From positions 18,696-82,695 of the forward strand of contig CAYGTV010000001.1 in assembly GCA_964353135.1 (NCBI GenBank): a stretch of DNA of 64,000 nucleotides, read 5' to 3'. Shown one piece after another: positions 29,535 to 38,427 of this stretch. Every line of letters starts with the position of its first letter. Position 1 is the first letter of the stretch. Source of the DNA: an uncultured Candidatus Saccharibacteria bacterium (lineage in GTDB: Bacteria > Patescibacteriota > Minisyncoccia > Phycocordibacterales > UBA918). The notes under the pieces were generated by a model. That model was not told the origin of the DNA. It did no database searches and was given only the letters and a program-made list of their open reading frames with translations. A program made the translations under genes and the position numbers.

Positions 29535-30065
29535 ATGGAAAAAATCTATACATTACTGGCAGGTGCTTTCCTTACGGTAATCACTTGTGTCGCCGCCGCC
29601 GCGCCGACAACAGTTGAGGCTCAAACAGCCCCAACCACAACTTCTGAATGTGTTTCAGTCGTTGTCGATCTCTACTGCCAAAAAGCTCATGATGGTCTGT
29701 TTATTGGAGACCGGGAGGTAGAAACCGTTCAAATCACGGTTTGTGCACTTCCCGAACACTGGGCCGCAATCCAACGCCAAGACCCCAACGATTCATGGTG
29801 GGGAGAGGCGCTAGCGGACACAGGCCGCCCTGATCTGCGATGGCTCAAGATCCGAGCAATCAAGGAGCAGTGTCGCATTCGTCATGCACCAATCGGTGCA
29901 CGAGTCGGTACGAGATACCTCTGCCCACCAACAGTCGAGGGTTGGTATTGGACAGAGGTTGTGACTGGACCTGGGACATACTTCATGTCTATTCCGGTAT
30001 CAGACACCACTCCAAATCCAGCCAACCCAGACCCGGATGAGAACGTCCCAGCTCTCATTGGTTAA
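29535..30065 (+). CDS. Secreted Cys-containing hypothetical protein (ORFan)
   Basis: GGAGG SD; signal peptide; hairpin at 30073-30099 downstream. Confidence 0.65.
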   Translation: MEKIYTLLAGAFLTVITCVAAAAPTTVEAQTAPTTTSECVSVVVDLYCQKAHDGLFIGDREVETVQITVCALPEHWAAIQRQDPNDSWWGEALADTGRPDLRWLKIRAIKEQCRIRHAPIGARVGTRYLCPPTVEGWYWTEVVTGPGTYFMSIPVSDTTPNPANPDPDENVPALIG

Positions 30066-30199
30066 GTGAAAAGTAGATCGGCTGTAAAGGCCGATCTACA
30101 TGAATCAAACTGGATTCAGACGAGTTGTTACGACAACTCTTTTAATCCGATTTTATTCGGTGCAGACAAATTTAGAAACAAATTACTTACAATATATTT

Positions 30200-33100
30200 A
30201 TGAAAACAATCTCACAATCATTTATTTTCGCTGGAATCGTACTTGCACTACTTGCTGGTGTATTTGCTTTTTCTGCAATGACTGCTGATGCCTATGGTTC
30301 AAGTTGTGGATCATGTGATGCACCTGACACAGGTGGAGGAAGTATCGGTGGTGGAGGCGGTGGATCTACTCCACCTTCTGTTACACCCCCAGTTTGTGAT
30401 ATCGATGTAGATCTAGACGTTGTAGCAGTTGGAGAATTTTACACCATTGACTGGAATGTTATTTCAGCATCTCCAGTTAACGTATACATCAACGGTGACC
30501 ATGTAGAAAAGACAGGGGAAGCAACTTATGATTTTCTTGCCTCAACACCAGAACTAGAATTTTTCAATCTAACAGCAGAAAATGCTGGAGGTACATGTTC
30601 TGATCGAGTTGAGATTAGAAAAAAAGTAGTCGAAGAAAAGAAATGTGAACTTGAAATCACAAAATCTGTCGACAAGCACTCAGCTACACCTGGAGAAGAA
30701 CTAACGTACGAGATCAAAGTTGAAAACATTGGTACAGCTGACTGTACTGGAGGAGGGGTTAAGATCGAAGACGTTCTAGACACTAACTTTGAGTACGTAA
30801 GTAATACCTACACCAGTAACCTGACAGAAGGCTACGGATCTGCACCCGTTTATACAGCCTCTACCCGAACAATTCGATTCAATGGAAACACTCTTACTCC
30901 AGGTGAATCAGGAACTATCGTACTATTTGGAAAAGTGGCGACACCACACACATGTGGAGACTTTGAAGTAAAAAACCAAGCTTTTGCCACGGCTTTCGAA
31001 CTAGATAACTTTAATGACTGGGTATACAGTAATGTCGTAAAGACTAACGTTGACTACGATTGTGAAGTGCCTGCGCCACTATGTACGTCATTTACAGCTA
31101 CACCTGGAACTCTTCCAGCAGCTGGTGGAACAGTGGTTCTTGATTGGGACCTACTAAACGTAGCGACTGCTGTAATCGACAACGGAGTTGGAGAAGTGCT
31201 TGCTAATGTTGGATCAAATTATGGTTCAGTTTCTGGGTCACAAACAACGGTCGTAACACAATCAACTACATTTACCTTAACGGCAACAGATGTGGACGGA
31301 GACAAAACTACCTGTAAAGCGCCAGTAACTGTACCAACAGACAATCCTACACCACCACAATGTCCACTAGTCGCAAAAGACGGTCGAACAATTGTAAATT
31401 TCTCAGGAATGAAACTGCGAACTGACCGAACTGCTAACGATGCAGTAACAGCAATCCAATCAGCCGCATTCCCAGTTGGGGAGTATGACATCACGCTTGT
31501 TTCTTGGGACGGATACACCAATCGTGTAAACGCTTCACAGCCAAACGAACAGTGGAAACTAGAGTTCATGAACGGTTCAGCAGTGATTGCTGGATCAGGA
31601 ATCATCGGTGATCTAGCTGATAACGTGATCGAAGCAACAAAGATTGAGCAGGTGAACACGGATTTCACGTTAGCAACTGCAGCGACCGGCGTACGAGCAA
31701 TCCACCCATTCTACCCAGCGTCATCACCAAACAGTCTGTACCCAATTTGTGCAGCAATTGATGAAAAACCGAAAGAAGTAGTGCCACCATCATGTGATAT
31801 GTTCACCGCTACACCGGCGACTATCACAGTTGGAGGAACAGCTACCCTTGCATGGGAATCAACCAACGCTGTCCAAGCATTCATCAACAACGCAATCGGC
31901 GCAGTGGATGTAGACGGAACTATCGAAGTGTCACCATTAGCTGATACAACCTACGTCCTAACACTGATCGGTGCAGAAGATAATACTGTTAACTGTAACG
32001 TACCGGTGAAAGTTGTAGATGAGCCAGTCATGGAATGTGTCGCATTTACTGCGAGCCCATCAGCTCTACCAGTAGGAGGTGGAAACACAACTCTTGCGTG
32101 GGAAGTAATCAACGCAGTATCGGTATCAATCGATAACGGTATTGGCGCGGTTGCACTAACTGATACGCGGGTTGCAGCAGTAACAGAGTCAACGACCTAC
32201 ACCCTCACAGCAACTGATGCTGATGGTGATACAGTTTCATGTATCGCGCCAGTGGCTGTAGCTGATCCGGGAGTGTTTACGTGTGAAGACAACGTCTCAT
32301 TCTCTGCAAGTGATACATCTATCACTCGAGGACAAAGTTCAACTCTTAATTGGGATGTAACAGATGCTGATTCAGTATCTATCTCAGGAATTAGTGCTAC
32401 TACCTTTACTGGTTCACAATCAGTATCACCATCAAGTGACACTACCTATACACTGACAGCAACAAAATCAGGCTTTGAAACTATCTCATGTCCAGTAAAG
32501 ATCAACGTATCTACTGGCGGTGGGGGAGGTGGTACACCAACACCACGTTGTGAACTAGAGATTTCTGACACTCGGATCAACGCTGGAGACGAAATCACAC
32601 TAACGTGGGATTCAACTAACGCTCGAGAACTGACCCTAACTGATAACTTTGGCAACACCCTCGTTACGACAGAAGATAAACTAAGTCGTGATAAAGATGA
32701 TTTGTTTGAAGGAAGTATTGATTTGAACCCAACTCGAAACACAACGTATACACTCCTAGTTGAGCGAGGTTCACGAGATCGAGAATGTGAAGTTAAAGTT
32801 GAAATGGATGATGACGTTGTGCTACTACAGGTTCGAGACCAAGCTCCACTAGTGTCAGGTATCTCGCTAACGCAAGTGCCGTACACCGGATTTGAAGCGG
32901 GACCAATCATGACAGTACTGTTCTACATGCTACTTATCACGTGGGCGCTATACATCACCTATGTACTGGTGATGCCAAAAGCACAGCTTGCAATGGTTCC
33001 AGTAAAGAACAGTTCACTGCGAACTAACGAAGACCTCATGCAACATGCAGAGCAAATTCGACCAGATGTGTTTGCCGCCGTATCAGCCGCACCAGTTGTG

Positions 33101-33703
33101 GAGGTACCAGCTAATCTACCGGTTGCGACTACTCATGTAGCGATGCCAGTAGTTGCCGAAATTCCAGACACAAACACAATTGAAAACCAGGCACATGCAT
33201 TGCAAGCACTTATTTCAAGTGATGCGGCGCGAACTATTGCTGCTATGACTAACGAGTCAAACCAAGCAGAAGTGCTACGGAAAATTGTAAATGATGCGAA
33301 GGGACAATTCCCACTAGAAGACGGATGGGTTGTAATCAACCAATCGCGTCTAGCACAAATCACAGATACTACTACTACAACAGTGTCTCCGTCACCAACA
33401 GGTGCTGGTTCACTAGCGGAAGCTATCGTGACTGGTAACGTTGTTGCAGCGTACAATCTAGTTGGCACTCGACCAATGATCGCGCTAGCAGATGCCGCTG
33501 CTGACCTTGATGCAGTGTACCGAATTAAAAAAGGTGCAGACGCAACAGTTTCAGACATGCTTGCTACAGAAACAGAAAATCTTTCAGAAGGAAAGATCGC
33601 AGAAATGATTGCTGCCCTAACTGGAGCCCTCGACGGAACCTACACCGACGAAAGCTCAGCTGTGAAAATGGCTATCATGAAAGCGGTACAGATTGCTGGA
33701 TAA
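30200..33703 (+). CDS. Large surface protein: DUF11-like + Cys-bounded Ig-like repeats, VPYTG sorting motif, TM, long cytoplasmic domain
   Basis: Signal peptide; LEITKSVDK..PGEELTYEIKVENIG (DUF11-like); about 5 repeats of C..F.A.P.....GG..TL.W...A....I.....TTYTLTA; VPYTG at 32876-32890. Confidence 0.85.
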   Translation: MKTISQSFIFAGIVLALLAGVFAFSAMTADAYGSSCGSCDAPDTGGGSIGGGGGGSTPPSVTPPVCDIDVDLDVVAVGEFYTIDWNVISASPVNVYINGDHVEKTGEATYDFLASTPELEFFNLTAENAGGTCSDRVEIRKKVVEEKKCELEITKSVDKHSATPGEELTYEIKVENIGTADCTGGGVKIEDVLDTNFEYVSNTYTSNLTEGYGSAPVYTASTRTIRFNGNTLTPGESGTIVLFGKVATPHTCGDFEVKNQAFATAFELDNFNDWVYSNVVKTNVDYDCEVPAPLCTSFTATPGTLPAAGGTVVLDWDLLNVATAVIDNGVGEVLANVGSNYGSVSGSQTTVVTQSTTFTLTATDVDGDKTTCKAPVTVPTDNPTPPQCPLVAKDGRTIVNFSGMKLRTDRTANDAVTAIQSAAFPVGEYDITLVSWDGYTNRVNASQPNEQWKLEFMNGSAVIAGSGIIGDLADNVIEATKIEQVNTDFTLATAATGVRAIHPFYPASSPNSLYPICAAIDEKPKEVVPPSCDMFTATPATITVGGTATLAWESTNAVQAFINNAIGAVDVDGTIEVSPLADTTYVLTLIGAEDNTVNCNVPVKVVDEPVMECVAFTASPSALPVGGGNTTLAWEVINAVSVSIDNGIGAVALTDTRVAAVTESTTYTLTATDADGDTVSCIAPVAVADPGVFTCEDNVSFSASDTSITRGQSSTLNWDVTDADSVSISGISATTFTGSQSVSPSSDTTYTLTATKSGFETISCPVKINVSTGGGGGGTPTPRCELEISDTRINAGDEITLTWDSTNARELTLTDNFGNTLVTTEDKLSRDKDDLFEGSIDLNPTRNTTYTLLVERGSRDRECEVKVEMDDDVVLLQVRDQAPLVSGISLTQVPYTGFEAGPIMTVLFYMLLITWALYITYVLVMPKAQLAMVPVKNSSLRTNEDLMQHAEQIRPDVFAAVSAAPVVEVPANLPVATTHVAMPVVAEIPDTNTIENQAHALQALISSDAARTIAAMTNESNQAEVLRKIVNDAKGQFPLEDGWVVINQSRLAQITDTTTTTVSPSPTGAGSLAEAIVTGNVVAAYNLVGTRPMIALADAAADLDAVYRIKKGADATVSDMLATETENLSEGKIAEMIAALTGALDGTYTDESSAVKMAIMKAVQIAG

Positions 33704-33722
33704 TATAATCTAGTAATTGTAT

Positions 33723-33762
33723 AAACAAAAAGCCGGTGCCTTAGGGCACCGGCTTTTTGTTT
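33723..33762 (+). terminator. Intrinsic terminator
   Basis: AAACAAAAAGCCGGTGCC-TTAG-GGCACCGGCTTTTTGTTT. Confidence 0.85.
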
Positions 33763-33819
33763 TAGGCTTATTAAATTATCACGCTGACAGAAAACTCAAT
33801 GCGTATTATGATGTAAGTA

Positions 33820-35607
33820 ATGCGGGCAATCTTATTACTCTTTTTTGTATTTGCGACCTTTGGAGGTTTCTTGATGCAACCACAAACAGCAATGGCTGCA
33901 CCGGCAATATGTGATTTTTTCTATGTCACTCCCCAGGTAGTAGCTCCGGGTGATCCAATTACTTTGAATTGGGAGACTACTGATGCCACATCGGTATTTA
34001 TTGATAATGGCGTGGGTGCGGTTGCGGTCGACGGGACAACGGGTGTAAACGCACCTGGCGCTGTGGGCGAACAGGTATACGAAATGACGCTTACCTATAC
34101 TGCATATGGTGTAGAACGAGTCACTTCGTGTGCAGCTTCGGTGCAAGTGGTGGCTGCGATTACTCCAACCACACCAGTTTGTGATTTTTTCTATGCGTCG
34201 CCTGCAAACGGTAACCCTAGCCAACCATCAACAGTATTTTGGGAGACTACCAACGCAACACAAGTAGAGCTCAACACTGCTGGGATACAACCACTTGATG
34301 GTTCTTTTGGGGTAGATTTTGACTCGGTAGCAGGTTATTTTGCTAGTGGTCTTGATATCAGTAACTTTGATGGAGTGTCTACCACAACAGCGTTTTGTAA
34401 CGCCGAGCTCAACATCTTCTCGCCGACCGCTTTACGTTTTGCACCGTCAGTCGCGACGGTCGCACCAGGCGGAGATTTTGATCTAGAGTGGGATGTTTTT
34501 GGTACCAGCGTGATCACAATTTTTGATGACGACGGTGCAGAAATTTATTTTGAATTTTTTCCAACTAGTAACGATGCTGACAGCCTATCACTAACTGCTC
34601 CAGTTGCGACCGGTACGTATTCATACGTACTACAAATGTATGAACAATTGTCTGAGGGTGATGCGTATGTGTATGCAACCAGTACTGTAACTGTAGGTAC
34701 AGTAGCTCCTTCTCTTCCAATCTGCAACGCATTTACGGCCACCCCAGCTACGTTTGTAGGGAGTGGTACGACGACGTTAAATTGGGATATAGGCAATACT
34801 GAAACCGTTAACATTGATAATGGTCTGGGGCTGGTCGACTTTACAACCATTGGGCCTTCGAATTTGGTTGGTAGTCTCGACGTATTTGTGTCTGCCAATA
34901 CAACCTTTGAACTCACTGCAACTAACCCAGATGGTTCAACGTTATGTTCTGCAGCTGTGTCGGTGACGGATCCTGAACCACAATCGTCAAGTGGAGGATC
35001 ATCTGGTACAAAAGTACCTCAGCCACAGTGTGTGTTTTTTAAAGCTTCTGCTGATGATGTGATTGAAGGGGCTGCAGTTACACTTTCCTTTGAGACTAAA
35101 AATGCTGACTTAGTTACTATTTACGAAGGAAAAGTGTCTGACAATAAGATTGTATACAAGGTGGCACCAGGAGCTAGTAAGGCCGGAGCAGCTGCGGTAA
35201 CTGTCTCCAAGGACTCGACGTTCACATTGGTAGCTGAAAAAGGTCGCCGGTCAGACGAGTGCTCAACCTCGGTTGCTGCCCTTGATCCGTTTGCGTTTGG
35301 AGGAGCAGGTAGAAACGAAGCAGGAATATTACTGACCGAAGTTCCCGAAACTGGATATGAAATGTCATTCGCTACCAAAATAATGCTGTATGTCATGCTA
35401 GCCAGCGGGACGCTGTTCGTACTGTTTATGGTGATGCACGTGGGGCGCCTGGGAATATTTGCTACGCAGTCTACCGTGAAATATGGTCGGTTCACCCCCA
35501 TTTCTGCCGCCGCTGACCACGCTCTGCGTGTGCATCGGACACGTTCGTTGTTGGTGATAGCAGCCTTGGTGGTTTGTGTCGTGTTGCTGGGGATTCAACT
35601 GCTGTAG
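33820..35607 (+). CDS. Surface protein with the same Ig-like repeats, VPETG sorting motif and two C-terminal TM helices
   Basis: Signal peptide; CDFFY..P / CNAFTATP repeats; VPETG at 35341-35355. Confidence 0.85.
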   Translation: MRAILLLFFVFATFGGFLMQPQTAMAAPAICDFFYVTPQVVAPGDPITLNWETTDATSVFIDNGVGAVAVDGTTGVNAPGAVGEQVYEMTLTYTAYGVERVTSCAASVQVVAAITPTTPVCDFFYASPANGNPSQPSTVFWETTNATQVELNTAGIQPLDGSFGVDFDSVAGYFASGLDISNFDGVSTTTAFCNAELNIFSPTALRFAPSVATVAPGGDFDLEWDVFGTSVITIFDDDGAEIYFEFFPTSNDADSLSLTAPVATGTYSYVLQMYEQLSEGDAYVYATSTVTVGTVAPSLPICNAFTATPATFVGSGTTTLNWDIGNTETVNIDNGLGLVDFTTIGPSNLVGSLDVFVSANTTFELTATNPDGSTLCSAAVSVTDPEPQSSSGGSSGTKVPQPQCVFFKASADDVIEGAAVTLSFETKNADLVTIYEGKVSDNKIVYKVAPGASKAGAAAVTVSKDSTFTLVAEKGRRSDECSTSVAALDPFAFGGAGRNEAGILLTEVPETGYEMSFATKIMLYVMLASGTLFVLFMVMHVGRLGIFATQSTVKYGRFTPISAAADHALRVHRTRSLLVIAALVVCVVLLGIQLL

Positions 35608-35608
35608 T

Positions 35609-35656
35609 ATAAAACAAACCAGCCGGCGCCCTTGGGCGCCGGCTGGTTTGTTTTAT
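35609..35656. terminator. Bidirectional terminator
   Basis: ATAAAACAAACCAGCCGGCGCC-CTTG-GGCGCCGGCTGGTTTGTTTTAT. Confidence 0.85.
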
Positions 35657-35676
35657 GTGTACACCTCTCCACTTTT

Positions 35677-37428
35677 TTATACGTTTGTCTCCTCAGTTAA
35701 TTTCATTAGGAAATCTTCGATACTCATGGCTACTGATTCACCAGTGTCACGGGACTCAACCGTAACGGTGTTGGCTTCGATGTCTTTGTCACCGATGATA
35801 ACAAAGTAGGGGAGTCGGTCCTTTTTAGCATTACGTACCTTTTTGCCCATAGAGTCATTACTAGTGTCGATCTCTGATCGGAAGCCAGCTGCCTCGAGTT
35901 TATCATGGACTCCTTGTGCATACTCGTTGTGCGCTTCAGCTACGGGGATGACCGCCACCTGTCCTGGCGAGAGCCAGAGTGGGAAGTTGCCAGCAAAGTG
36001 CTCGATCATGATGGCCATAAACCGTTCGAGTGATCCGGCAATAGCACGGTGGATCATGACAGGTGTTTGTTTGTTACCTTCGTGATCTACGTACTCGAGC
36101 CCAAATCGTCCTGGCATCACAAAATCAAGCTGCGCAGTGGCTAGTTGACGTTCCCGTCCAATGGCGTCATAGAACATGAAATCGAGCTTAGGTCCATAGA
36201 AAGCTGCTTCACCCTCAACTCGTTTGTATGGCAGTTCTAGTCGCTTGGCGACATCTTCTAGCATTGCTTCGGCTTTCTCCCAGCCTGCTCGGTCACCAAG
36301 GTAACCCTCTGGATCAGTTGGATCACTCACTGATAGTGACACCCAGAATTTACCCTCTTCGTACATACCTAGTGTTTGGTAGAACTCTTTGATCACGTTC
36401 ACGATCGCCTCGACTTCTTGGTCGATTTGGTCAAACGTGCAAAACGCATGGCCGTCGTCTTGAGTGATGCTTCGCACTCGACCAAGCCCAATCAGCTCAC
36501 CAGCCTGCTCGTCCCGGTACACCATAGTAGTTTCTGCATACCGAATTGGTAGCTCTTTGTATGAGCGAGGTCGACTGTCAAAGATCTGGGTGTGGTGCGG
36601 GCAGTTCATCGGCTTCATGACAAACTCAGCATCACTTTTGCCTTTCACCTTAAACAACTCATCGCCAAACTTTTCCCAGTGACCTGATTTTTTGTACAGG
36701 TCACTTTTTGTTATGTGTGGAATGGTCACTTTTTGATAGCCGTACTTGGCCTGGATCTGCATGATTTTATCTACGACGAGGTCGCGCATGAGGGTGCCTT
36801 TGGGGGTGAACAGGGGAAGTCCAGCGCCTACCAATTCAGAGAACGTAAACAGATCTAACTCCTTGCCAATTTTTCTATGATCACGCTCTTTGGCTTGTCG
36901 CATTTGTTCTTCGTACGCTGCCAGTTCTTCTTTGGTGTCAAACGCTAGTCCGTAGATTCGGGTGAGCATCGGGTTTTTTTCGTCACCACGCCAGTACGCA
37001 CCAGCGATCTTGTCTAGCTTAAATGCATCCATGGTGATCTCTTCTTTTGGATTTTCGACGTGTCCACCTCGGCACAGGTCGGTAAAGTCGCCGCAGGTAT
37101 ACAGCGTGATAGTTTCTCCCTTACTTTCAATTTCGTCGATTAATTCTAGTTTAAATTCATTACCAGCAAATCGTTCTCGAGCAACACTAGCTGATACTTC
37201 CTCGTGGGTAAATTCAGTCCACTTGTTGACCAGCTTCTTCATTCCTTTCTGAATGGATTTCAGGTCTTCTTCTTTTGGTGATTCTCCAGCAGAAAAATCG
37301 ATGTCGTAGTAGAAACCATTATCAATCGCTGGTCCCAGAGTTAGTTTGGCGTGCGGGTACTGCTCAACAACCGCCGCAGCGAGCAGGTGGGCTAGGGTGT
37401 GTCGTTTGTGTTCGAGGTGTTCGTTCAT
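35677..37428 (-). CDS. thrS: Threonine-tRNA ligase (no N-terminal TGS domain)
   Basis: RHTLAHLLA, DLCRGGH, RDHRKIG, KPMNCPHH, GEAAFYGPK, IHRA..GSLERF; start MNEHL at 37428. Confidence 0.97.
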   Translation of the reverse strand: MNEHLEHKRHTLAHLLAAAVVEQYPHAKLTLGPAIDNGFYYDIDFSAGESPKEEDLKSIQKGMKKLVNKWTEFTHEEVSASVARERFAGNEFKLELIDEIESKGETITLYTCGDFTDLCRGGHVENPKEEITMDAFKLDKIAGAYWRGDEKNPMLTRIYGLAFDTKEELAAYEEQMRQAKERDHRKIGKELDLFTFSELVGAGLPLFTPKGTLMRDLVVDKIMQIQAKYGYQKVTIPHITKSDLYKKSGHWEKFGDELFKVKGKSDAEFVMKPMNCPHHTQIFDSRPRSYKELPIRYAETTMVYRDEQAGELIGLGRVRSITQDDGHAFCTFDQIDQEVEAIVNVIKEFYQTLGMYEEGKFWVSLSVSDPTDPEGYLGDRAGWEKAEAMLEDVAKRLELPYKRVEGEAAFYGPKLDFMFYDAIGRERQLATAQLDFVMPGRFGLEYVDHEGNKQTPVMIHRAIAGSLERFMAIMIEHFAGNFPLWLSPGQVAVIPVAEAHNEYAQGVHDKLEAAGFRSEIDTSNDSMGKKVRNAKKDRLPYFVIIGDKDIEANTVTVESRDTGESVAMSIEDFLMKLTEETNV

Positions 37429-37449
37429 AAGTATAGTTTCTAAGGAATT

Positions 37450-37676
37450 TTCTGGCGAATTAAAATAGGGAAACATCTGCGCGCGACCAATTTTCAAGAA
37501 GCGAATGCGGCTATGAAAATGGAAGTACTCCTGTGGTGACAATGCTCGGAGCGAAGCCGTTGAGTCTTTTTAGTTCACCAGAAGATTACGTACGTCCTTA
37601 TGAATTACATTACTGCTCTCAGCGGCTTCGCCTACGGTAGCCGGCTGCAGATGCTTCGATCAGCAATGTAATTCAA
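37450..37676. repeat. Two tandem long imperfect hairpins within the thrS leader
   Basis: TTCTGGCGAATTAAAA...TTTTAGTTCACCAGAA and TGAATTACATT...AATGTAATTCA. Confidence 0.6.
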
Positions 37677-37690
37677 CGGACTAAATTGAT

Positions 37691-37866
37691 AAAAGAAAAA
37701 TCGCCCAAGTGAATATACGAAAAATCGTAGACTCACTCGGACGATCAAAAAGTTCCATCGCGGTTCCACCGAGCTTCGGGCAGGTATACCTGCACCGCAC
37801 TTCATTAACAGGTTAGGGGAGTGTTCCCGCGCAGCTGATGATTGGTAGTCATCACAATCCCTGTCT
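37691..37866 (-). ncRNA. T-box riboswitch (transcriptional) upstream of thrS
   Basis: Antiterminator CTCGG-TGGAACC-GCGAT...ATCGT-CCGAG; overlapping terminator ATCGTCCGAGTGAGT...ATTCACTTGGGCGAT-TTTTCTTTT; ACC in a hairpin loop at 37844-37846. Confidence 0.88.
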
Positions 37867-37870
37867 AGCT

Positions 37871-37899
37871 ATCGTACAGCCGATATAGATTTTTGGCAA
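37871..37899 (-). promoter_or_regulatory. Promoter of T-box/thrS
   Basis: TTGCCA-17 nt-TACGAT on the minus strand. Confidence 0.7.
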
Positions 37900-37941
37900 A
37901 TGAAAACCGCGCCGGAAACCGGCGCGGATAGCTTTTTGGTT

Positions 37942-38394
37942 TCAGTATATGATCAACGATGACATTCGCTCTTCACTGATCAATGCGGACCACCCTTGCA
38001 AAAGTCTAAGCGCCTGTTTTTCCTGTTCTTCTGTCTGCATAGCCTGGCAAGCTTCGAGGTTGTCAATTTGGCTACCTACCCAAACAAATGCACCAACTTT
38101 AAACTGACCAAGGTCAGATGTCTCAAACCAATTAGTCTTAAACTGCTGTGAGAAATGAGCCCAGATCACTATTTCTGTAGGATAGGCTCCACTTGATGGT
38201 TTCCAAGCGTAAAGTTCTGCTTTGAGTTTAGCAAGACTGTCGATGCAGGCCTGTAGTGGATCACCACTGTAGTGATCAGTGTACCCAAGGATTTGGCTTT
38301 GGGCGCCCACTGGTGCGGACACTACATCTTCGTGTTGCGGTAGCAGGCAGAAAGGTCTTGAGTGAATTAGTAAGTCTCGATCTTGATTGGACAT
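37942..38394 (-). CDS. Hypothetical protein (ORFan)
   Basis: AAAGGAGG SD; 150 aa; GC-rich hairpin at 37905-37928 downstream. Confidence 0.65.
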   Translation of the reverse strand: MSNQDRDLLIHSRPFCLLPQHEDVVSAPVGAQSQILGYTDHYSGDPLQACIDSLAKLKAELYAWKPSSGAYPTEIVIWAHFSQQFKTNWFETSDLGQFKVGAFVWVGSQIDNLEACQAMQTEEQEKQALRLLQGWSALISEERMSSLIIY

Positions 38395-38427
38395 TACGTC
38401 CTCCTTTGTGACTGTTCTAGCTTAAAA

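Noticed and set aside
29400-30100. Integron attC sites around the ORFan cassettes
   Set aside because: Flanking hairpins look like simple terminators, without RYYYAAC/GTTRRRY ends and extrahelical bases; no intI in the window
37429-37542. N-terminal extension of ThrS in the ORF track
   Set aside because: Sequence lies in a palindromic leader and has no TGS similarity; homology starts at MNEHL
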